Source of the DNA: Fimbriimonadales bacterium
Lineage (GTDB): Bacteria > Armatimonadota > Fimbriimonadia > Fimbriimonadales > JABRVX01
Assembly: GCA_045862955.1 (NCBI GenBank)
Contig: BTVI01000064.1
Location: 1 to 13,655, forward strand
Direction of reading: 5' to 3'
DNA length: 13,655 bases
A program made the translations under genes and the position numbers. The notes under the pieces are model-generated. The model saw only the letters and a program-made list of their open reading frames with translations. It was not told the DNA's origin and did not search any database. The stretch's first letter is position 1; every line of letters starts with the position of its first letter. Below are positions 7,130 to 13,655 of the stretch, piece after piece.

Positions 7130-9037
7130 TCAACCCAGTGCTTCGATCAGGCCGTGTCTTGTCAGGCTGTCCTCCCCTGCTACCGCCACGCGAGTCTCGA
7201 GCTGCAAATCGGCGAACCGACCTGCGATCAGCCGCGCTATCGCTTCCGCCTGGGCACGGCTAGCGTTCGGAAGGCAGGCGACGAACTCGCTCTCACCCAC
7301 TGGCGCTGCGTAGCCCCTTCTGCCGAGCGCTTCTGCAATCGCTCTGCCGAGCGCCTCGCAGCGCTCTGAGCGCACGACGGCACCGAGAGCGAACCGGATG
7401 AGTGCGGGACGATGGCCCTCTGCGAGTTCCTCGGAAAGCCGGCCCATGAGCTCGTCGTACGCGAGCATGCCTGTGCTAGGGTCGAGGCGTACCAACGCGA
7501 GAGGTCTCGTTCGTATCTCCGACAGTTCCAGAGCACGCGCCAGTGGCGTGGCGATGCGAAGGACGGGTGCTCTTTCTGCGGCCGGAAACCGGTCGGGAAG
7601 CGAATGCGCAGCGAATACGGCACCAACCGCCTTTCCTCCCGACTCGAGGGGCACCGCAAGAACGGAACGCACCCTGGCACGAATCGCCTTCTCACCTCGC
7701 AGCGTTCCGTCAGCCAGTGCGTCGGCAGAGCAGATCACCCGGTCGGAAGTAAGCCAGCCTATGACCCCGCCCTCGCCGAAGTCCACGAGGGAAGGTAGGT
7801 CCACGGACTGCCCTCGCTCTGAAAGCAGCTCCAGCTTGCCGCCCCTCAGCATCCACACCGACCAGTGCTCGGCGTCCATGAAACGACGCATCAGCTCGAT
7901 GGCGCGTGCGGCCACTCCGCTCGGCGGGTCTGAGCAGGCGATGAGGTCTGTCGCCTGCACGCGCGCCTCAGCGAAGGCGAGCTTGCTCTTGACTTTCTCT
8001 TGGTCTAGGAGGATGCGAACGGCCTCAGGAAGGCTTTGCGACAACTGCGCGAGCACGGCGGGATCCAGGGGTTTTCGATGCGGCCGAAGTGTCAGCAAGC
8101 CGAGTAGCCGGTCGCCATCACGAATGACGATCTCCTCTGTGCCAGCTGCCGGCCCGGAAAAAAGCGACGATACGAATGCCGCCCCCTTCTCTCGCACGGT
8201 TCGTGCAAGGACCTCCGCCGAGTCCACGCTGATGTGGTCCGCTTTCAGGACGTGGGGACCACTGCACGAGCGGACTGCGAGGCGAGACCCATCACCCTCC
8301 ACGAGCCAAAGCGTGCCCGCACTCGCACCTGCTATCGCTATGGCTTCATCGAGGACTCGCTCCGCAGGCCCATCCCAGTCGGTCGCAGCCAGCGTGAGCC
8401 GATAGGCACACGCCATCCGGCCGTGAGCCGCGCTGAGCTGCTTATGCAGACCGACCAGTTCTCGGTAGGCCCGGCGGGCCTCACGCTCCGACTCGCGTGT
8501 TGCTTCCAACTCGGCGAGCAGTCCGGGGTCGGGCTGCGGCTCGAGCGGCTCCTCGCGCGCTCTTACCTCATGGATGCGAAACAGCAGGGGCACCGATACG
8601 AGACCGGCAACGGCTGCCGCGAGCGCCGGCGCGTGTTCTGCGCTCAACACACCCGCCTGGATGCCCGATGCGCCGAGGCATCCCCCGCATGCGAGTGCCA
8701 TCGCGGAGGCCGCGCGGCTGGAAACGCGGTTAGCGATGGACATCGGGGCGAGGACGACCCACAGCAGATCCGGCCGGCTCGGTGCCAGCCACAAGAGGAA
8801 GGCAAGCGAGGCTGCTTCCAACCACGCGCCCACCAGCGAACCCACCTCCCCCGCCCGGCGTGCGAACACGAGCGACGCGCCGAATGCCGCGGCCACCATA
8901 GCCGAAGCGCGCGCCGCCGACAGCCAATCCAGGCCGTTCGCCACAGCCCAAGCGACGGCGGCGGAATATAGAACGATACGTATCGGCGCGCGGACTTCCA
9001 CCCGGTGATATTGTCGGCACTTGGGGCCCTCGCGCAT
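7130..9037 (-). CDS. Membrane protein with GAF domain(s) and a degenerate GGDEF domain
   Basis: About 5-6 hydrophobic N-terminal helices, then a coiled coil (ELEATRESEREARRAYREL). GAF motifs follow (GASAGTLWLVE; GEGGVIGW...VRSVLAVPLESGGKAVGAV). The C-terminal DPSTGML...VGESEFVACLP...AEAIARLI has a GGDEF-like layout with a GESEF signature. Confidence 0.8.
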   Translation of the reverse strand: MREGPKCRQYHRVEVRAPIRIVLYSAAVAWAVANGLDWLSAARASAMVAAAFGASLVFARRAGEVGSLVGAWLEAASLAFLLWLAPSRPDLLWVVLAPMSIANRVSSRAASAMALACGGCLGASGIQAGVLSAEHAPALAAAVAGLVSVPLLFRIHEVRAREEPLEPQPDPGLLAELEATRESEREARRAYRELVGLHKQLSAAHGRMACAYRLTLAATDWDGPAERVLDEAIAIAGASAGTLWLVEGDGSRLAVRSCSGPHVLKADHISVDSAEVLARTVREKGAAFVSSLFSGPAAGTEEIVIRDGDRLLGLLTLRPHRKPLDPAVLAQLSQSLPEAVRILLDQEKVKSKLAFAEARVQATDLIACSDPPSGVAARAIELMRRFMDAEHWSVWMLRGGKLELLSERGQSVDLPSLVDFGEGGVIGWLTSDRVICSADALADGTLRGEKAIRARVRSVLAVPLESGGKAVGAVFAAHSLPDRFPAAERAPVLRIATPLARALELSEIRTRPLALVRLDPSTGMLAYDELMGRLSEELAEGHRPALIRFALGAVVRSERCEALGRAIAEALGRRGYAAPVGESEFVACLPNASRAQAEAIARLIAGRFADLQLETRVAVAGEDSLTRHGLIEALG

Positions 9038-9071
9038 GGGGAGAGGGATGTAGACAAATTTGCCTGCATTG

Positions 9072-9100
9072 TTGACAGCGCGAAGCTTCCATGGTATAGT
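9072..9100 (+). promoter_or_regulatory. Sigma70 promoter of the tgt operon
   Basis: TTGACA (9072-9077), 17-nt spacer ending in TGG, TATAGT (9095-9100), i.e. an extended -10. Confidence 0.75.
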
Positions 9101-9129
9101 AATGCAAACCTGAGAAAAGGCTAGTCCGT

Positions 9130-9510
9130 TTGGGCGAAGGAAAGCACAAAAAGATATGCTTCGCCCATCGCAGCGAGGAGGAGTTCGCGCGACTGCTGGA
9201 CTACTACCGTGTGCGATGGGATTACGAACCGCACGTGTTCGTCCTCGAATGGGACGAACACGGCGAAGTCAAAGAGTCCTTCACCCCCGACTTCTACCTC
9301 CCCGACTTCGGCTACTACATCGAACTGACTACCCGCCGCAAGAACCTTGCTACCCGTAAGCTTCGCCGCATCGCCCTCACCGAACAGATGTATCCCGACG
9401 TGACCATAAAGCTGTTCAACCCCGGGGACTTCGTGAAGCTGATGCTGAAGTACGGAAAGGTTCAGCCCGAAGAGGCCAGCGCACCGGTTCGCCGACGTCG
9501 AGCGAGCTGA
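9130..9510 (+). CDS. Small PD-(D/E)xK nuclease-fold protein
   Basis: SEEEFARLLD...WDYEP...FTPDFYLP...YIELT resembles the T7 endonuclease I / TnsA-N-like core, but the canonical Lys is replaced by Thr. TTG start just downstream of the promoter. Confidence 0.7.
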   Translation: MGEGKHKKICFAHRSEEEFARLLDYYRVRWDYEPHVFVLEWDEHGEVKESFTPDFYLPDFGYYIELTTRRKNLATRKLRRIALTEQMYPDVTIKLFNPGDFVKLMLKYGKVQPEEASAPVRRRRAS

Positions 9511-9515
9511 CAGCC

Positions 9516-10628
9516 ATGGCCCGAGTTCGGTTCACGCTCGAGGCCGAAGACCCGGTCGGGGCCCGCGCAGGCATTCTTCACACCCCTCACGGCGATGTGC
9601 CTACCCCTGCGTTCATGCCCGTGGGCACCCTCGGCGCTGTGAAGACGCTCGCCCAGGAAGACCTCGAAGCGCTCGGGTATCGCCTGGTGCTGGCCAATAC
9701 CTATCACCTGTGGCTGCGGCCCGGAGTCCGATTGATCGAGCTGGCGGGCGGGCTCGGGCGATTCATGGGTTGGCCGCATGCCCTTCTGACCGATAGCGGC
9801 GGCTACCAGGTGATGAGCTTATGCGAGTTCCGCAAGGTGAGCGAAGAAGGGGTGCTGTTTCGCTCCCATCTCGACGGCAACCAGCATATGCTTACGCCGG
9901 AATCGGTGACCGAGGTGCAGCGAAAGCTCGGTGTGGACATCGGGATGGCGCTGGACGAATGTCCGCCCTACCCGTGTAGCCGAGACGAGGCTGCGCTGGC
10001 CGCGGAGCGAACGGCTCGCTGGGCCGAGAGGTGCCTGCGTGCTCGTGCCGAGGAGCAGACCCTGTTCGGCATCGTGCAGGGTGGGGTGCATCCGGACCTA
10101 AGGCGCGAAAGTGCGGAGCGCATCGCGGCGATGGACTTCGACGGGTTCGCCGTCGGCGGCGTGTCCGTGGGTGAACCGACGGAGATGCAGCGACCCGTAG
10201 TGCGAATGACCGCACCGCTGCTGCCACGTCTCAGACCGAGGTACCTGATGGGCGTCGGCCAACCTGCCGACATCCTCCACGCCATCGGGTACGGCGTGGA
10301 CATGTTCGACTGCGTGTTGCCAACCCGGGGCGGGCGACACAACGTGGTCTACACTAGGACTGGCCGAAAGGACATCACGAACAAGGCGTTCGAAACAAAG
10401 TTCGGTCCATTGGACGAAGAATGCACGTGCGCGGTCTGCGCTCGGTACTCGGCGGCATACGTCCGACACCTGTGCAGAATGAAGGAGGCGACGGGGGCAC
10501 GTCTGCTCACCTATCACAATCTGCACTATTACTTCGAGCTGGTGGCGGGTGCGAGGCGAGCAATCCTGGACGGGCAGTACGCTGCCTATTTGGCCGAGAC
10601 GCTGCACCTTCTGGGCGAAACGGGCTAA
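9516..10628 (+). CDS. tgt: tRNA-guanine(34) transglycosylase (queuine tRNA-ribosyltransferase)
   Basis: TPAFMPVGT, NTYHL, LTDSGGYQV, FRSHLDG, LDEC, GIVQGG, GGVSVGE, PRYLMGVG, DMFDCVLPTR, and the Zn site CTCAVC...HNL. Confidence 0.98.
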   Translation: MARVRFTLEAEDPVGARAGILHTPHGDVPTPAFMPVGTLGAVKTLAQEDLEALGYRLVLANTYHLWLRPGVRLIELAGGLGRFMGWPHALLTDSGGYQVMSLCEFRKVSEEGVLFRSHLDGNQHMLTPESVTEVQRKLGVDIGMALDECPPYPCSRDEAALAAERTARWAERCLRARAEEQTLFGIVQGGVHPDLRRESAERIAAMDFDGFAVGGVSVGEPTEMQRPVVRMTAPLLPRLRPRYLMGVGQPADILHAIGYGVDMFDCVLPTRGGRHNVVYTRTGRKDITNKAFETKFGPLDEECTCAVCARYSAAYVRHLCRMKEATGARLLTYHNLHYYFELVAGARRAILDGQYAAYLAETLHLLGETG

Positions 10629-10659
10629 GATTCGTCGGCCGGCAGGCACGGGGGATGGA

Positions 10660-11349
10660 ATGGCGACTTCACAGACACACGGCGCGAGCCTGATCACGCT
10701 CCGCGATGTTCGGAGCAACCCGAAGGTACGGACCTACATCGAGGGCGCGAACGCGTTGCTCGCATCCATCGGATACACCGAGCACGGGCATCGGCACGCG
10801 GGGATCGTGTCCTCGATCGCCCGATACATCATGGACACGATGGGAGCGGACCCCCGTAGGACCGAGTTGGCCTCCATCGCTGCCTACCTACACGACATCG
10901 GGAACGTGATGAGCCGCACGATGCACCCGGTGAGCGGTGCAGGAATGGCCTTCCAAATTCTGGACGAGATGGGAATGGACGCTTCGGAGGTGGCCCTGGT
11001 TATCGGTGCCATCGCTAACCACGAGGAGCGCGACGGACTCCCATTCAACGAGATCACTGCGTCCCTGATCATCGCAGACAAGTCGGACGTCCACTACTCG
11101 CGCGTTCAGAACCCCATCCCGGAGACCTACGACATCCACGACCGCGTGAACCACGCCGTTCAGCGCTCGCGGGTGAATGTCGAGGTGGACAAGAAGCTGA
11201 TTTCGCTCGAGTTGGAGATTGACACCGACTCGGCGAGTGTGATGGAGTACTTCGAGATCTTCTTGGACCGCATGGTGATGTGCAGGCAGTCGGCCGACAC
11301 CTTGGGCTACGTTTTTCGGCTGACCGCGAACGGGGTCACCCTAGGATGA
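10660..11349 (+). CDS. HD-domain metal-dependent phosphohydrolase (229 aa)
   Basis: H...HD...H...D pattern: GYTEHGHRH, YLHDIGN, IANHEE, IIADKSDVH. ATG 10660 follows GGGGATGGA. The longer ORF call from 10549 overlaps tgt. Confidence 0.9.
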   Translation: MATSQTHGASLITLRDVRSNPKVRTYIEGANALLASIGYTEHGHRHAGIVSSIARYIMDTMGADPRRTELASIAAYLHDIGNVMSRTMHPVSGAGMAFQILDEMGMDASEVALVIGAIANHEERDGLPFNEITASLIIADKSDVHYSRVQNPIPETYDIHDRVNHAVQRSRVNVEVDKKLISLELEIDTDSASVMEYFEIFLDRMVMCRQSADTLGYVFRLTANGVTLG

Positions 11350-12194
11350 TCTGGCTGGCCGCGGCAGTGGCGGCAGCGCAGGGGATGTCACTGCCCCCAT
11401 TGGTGGGTCCGATCCGCGTGCCGGGAGAGACATTCGAGGTGTCGGTTTCGCGCAGCGCCGGGTTCTCCACTCCGCCGATCCTGGCCCCGCTTCGGGGTGC
11501 CGAGGTGCTGGGGCCGCCACACATCGCTGGCGCGACGGCTACGTGGCGGGTGAGAGCAACCGGGGGAGCTTGCGAGCTTCGGTGCTATGCGCTCGCACCC
11601 CAGGACGCTGCCTTCATTCGCGTGCCTGTGCTGACGGATGTGCCCGACTCGCCTACCCAGCCATCGGCGAAGCGGCCGATGCGCACCGCGAAGCCCCGAA
11701 TCGAGGCCAGTTCGCATCGGGAGGCACACCTTTCCTTGGGCTACGGGCTCGGTGCACGGTTTGTCGAGACCACCGTGGGGCCCGGATTGCAGTGGGTTCG
11801 CGATGGGCGGGTGGTCGGTTCCTTTGCGCCGCTGCTGATGCTGGAAGGGAACAGTGGAGGAGCGCCGTCTCGTGTCATTCGATTTCAGCCTTCCTACCGT
11901 TATGTAGATCCGTCGGCGGGCCGGTCCTATGTCCGCTTCCTCGGGGAGGTACTGGACATGTGGAAGGTAGAGGTGGTCTTTCGACCCGCGGTACAGCAGT
12001 CCGCCCACCTCGGTTCGCCAGAGGCCGAGGCCCGCTCGTTCGCCTATGGAGCGCTTGCCGCGGAAGTGATGCTCTTCCCGAAGTTCGACGGCCGGCTAAC
12101 CCGCATCGCCGTCTCGGGTTGGACCGACCAGCCGGCTCAGCTGCGCGCCGGTCTGCCGCTCCGCCTGAACCTGACGCTCGAGCCGCCCCCGTAA
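11346..12194 (+). CDS. Hypothetical, probably secreted protein (282 aa)
   Basis: ATGA overlap with the HD gene stop, a short hydrophobic N-terminus (MIWLAAAVAAAQG) and beta-strand-rich sequence. No family recognised. Confidence 0.65.
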   Translation: MIWLAAAVAAAQGMSLPPLVGPIRVPGETFEVSVSRSAGFSTPPILAPLRGAEVLGPPHIAGATATWRVRATGGACELRCYALAPQDAAFIRVPVLTDVPDSPTQPSAKRPMRTAKPRIEASSHREAHLSLGYGLGARFVETTVGPGLQWVRDGRVVGSFAPLLMLEGNSGGAPSRVIRFQPSYRYVDPSAGRSYVRFLGEVLDMWKVEVVFRPAVQQSAHLGSPEAEARSFAYGALAAEVMLFPKFDGRLTRIAVSGWTDQPAQLRAGLPLRLNLTLEPPP

Positions 12195-12219
12195 TTCCGG
12201 CGTCCCCCCGGACAGTTCT

Positions 12220-13610
12220 TCGCCGGGACGGCGAGATTATTCCATGCCCCGGCCCGCGTACGCCGACCAGCACCCGCTGGGCGCACCGAGCGACCCCGAG
12301 GACCGCGCCGGGGCATGGAACTCATCGCCGGGACGGCGAGCTCATGTGCGTCCCGCCGGACCGGAGGCGCCGGGTGGCCGAGAGGGGCGCGAGTGCCCCG
12401 GCGCGGTCCTTGGTTGGCAGTGTGCGGTGGGTAAGAGGAATGCGGCGGACGCGGGCCGGGGCATGAAGAACCGAGATCGCCGGGACGGCGAACTCGCGCG
12501 CGTCCCGCCGGTAAGTGTTCACTGCCTGGCGAGCTGACGATGGGGTTTCTATCCCCCAAAACACGCAAAGAATGGGTAAGTGGTCAACCGTCATGCTGAG
12601 CCTGTCGAAGCATGACGCCATGAGCCGCGTGTGTGTGCTCCTCCCTACTCCCAGTGGCAACGTCATGCTGAGCCTGTCGAAGCATGCAGACGCAAGCCGC
12701 AAGCGCTGCATCGGAGGCCGCCACCATGCCGACGGCGAGGGCATGTTGGCACCGACGCGGTGTCCCGATTCGTGCCCCGGCGCGGTCCTTGGGTTCGCGG
12801 CGTGCGGTGGGTAAGAGGAATGCGGCGGACGCGGGCCGGGGCATGGAGAACCCGCCACACCCCTGCCCGTCATGCTGAGCTTGTCGAAGCATGCAAACGC
12901 AAGCCGCAAGCGCTGCATCGGAGGGCGCCACCATGCCGACGGCGAGGCATGTTGGCACCGGCGCGGTGTCCCGATTCGTGCCCCGGCGCGGTCCTTGGTT
13001 GGCAGTGTGCGGTGGGCAAGAGGAATGCGGCGGACGCGGGCCGGGGCATGAAGAACCCGCCCCACCCCTGCCCGTCATGCTGAGCCTGTCGAAGCATGCA
13101 AACGCAAGCCGCAAGCGCTGCATCGGAGGCCGCCACCATGCCGACGGCGAGGGCATTTTGGCACCGACGCGGTGTCCCGATTCGTGCCGCGGCGCGGTCC
13201 TTGGGTTGGCGGCGTGCGGTGGGTTGGAGGAATGCGGCGGACGCGGGCCGGGGCATGGAACGCATCGCCGGGAGGGGAACAGCACGGGTCTCCCGCCGGA
13301 CCGGAGGCGGCGGGTGGCCGAGAGGGACGGCGAGCTCACGCGCGTCCCGCCGGTAAGTGTTCATTGCCGGGCGAGCTGACGACGGGGCTTCTAGCCCTCA
13401 CCACTCGCAGATGACGGGTCAGTCGGAAACCGTCATGCTGAGCCTGTCGAAGCATGACGCCATGAGCCGTATGCGTCCTTCCCTCACCGCACCCAGTGGC
13501 GACGTCATTCGGAGCCAGTCGAAGCAAGAGGGCGACAGAGGCAGACGTACCAGCTGGATGGCAGGGCGGGCGGCAGGCGGGGTCAAGCATCGACAGGCTC
13601 AGCAAGACGG
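12220..13610. repeat. Large modular REP-like array (modules A, B, C)
   Basis: Module A at 12589, 12661, 12868, 13073, 13431, 13503 (degenerate) and 13582 (rev, degenerate). Module B at 12240-12320, 12394-12465, 12773-12845, 12979-13050 and 13185-13257. Module C, TCGCCGGGACGGCGA, at 12220, 12325 and 12477, with variants near 13265 and 13325. Confidence 0.92.
12661..13257 (+). repeat. Three tandem ~206-bp A-linker-B units
   Basis: Units start at 12661, 12868 and 13073 (periods 207 and 205) and are near-identical with scattered substitutions. Confidence 0.92.
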
Positions 13611-13655
13611 TTTGGGTCGCAGCGGGTGCGGTACCGCCTTCCCAGTGACCCGCCC

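Noticed and set aside
7398..8971. Long plus-strand ORFs 7398-8405 and 8234-8971, also 6518-7369 and 11543-12466
   Set aside because: These are antisense or alternate-frame shadows of real genes in GC-rich DNA, with Arg/Ser/Ala-rich composition and no motifs.
9516..10628. DpdA / 7-deazaguanine DNA modification system (Tgt-like protein plus nuclease plus MTase)
   Set aside because: The protein has the full canonical tRNA-Tgt motif set and Zn site. There are no dpdB-K or que genes, and the MTase is 7.5 kb away in a separate unit.
10549..11345. Extended starts for the HD gene (10549) and the downstream gene (11280)
   Set aside because: They overlap upstream CDSs substantially. ATG 10660 and ATG 11346 fit the SD and ATGA coupling better.
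12322..13605. Many overlapping ORFs (MLSLSKH..., MLRQAQHD..., CFDRLSMT...) here and at 2-639 and 5165-5883
   Set aside because: These are translations of non-coding GC-rich repeats in multiple frames, with no RBS or domain support.
202..13610. CRISPR array formed by the 27-29-bp palindromic module A
   Set aside because: Copies occur in both orientations, spacing is irregular, the intervening sequences are themselves repeats, and no cas gene is present.

Overview
GC-rich bacterial chromosomal window (the PEP-CTERM protein and gene mix suggest an Armatimonadota-like Gram-negative; this is inference only). From left to right it holds a palindromic repeat cluster (1-590), a small hypothetical gene (-), and an orphan beta-class N6/N4 DNA methyltransferase. 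Next is a two-gene secreted beta-propeller locus in which both genes carry one lesion: an in-frame TAG in a PQQ/BamB-like protein, and a 5-bp-duplication frameshift that removes the PEP-CTERM anchor from an 8-repeat protein. Then come a second repeat cluster, a TPR protein with an NHLP/Os1348-like C-terminal tail (-), and a membrane GAF/degenerate-GGDEF protein (-). A sigma70-driven operon follows (small PD-(D/E)xK-like protein, tgt, HD phosphohydrolase, putative secreted protein), and a 1.4-kb modular repeat array ends the window. The most unusual signals are the modular REP-like system, whose ~75-bp IR-bounded cassette occurs in both orientations between the same flanks, and the paired lesions in the surface-protein genes. 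No transposase, recombinase, Cas gene, tRNA or rRNA was recognised.
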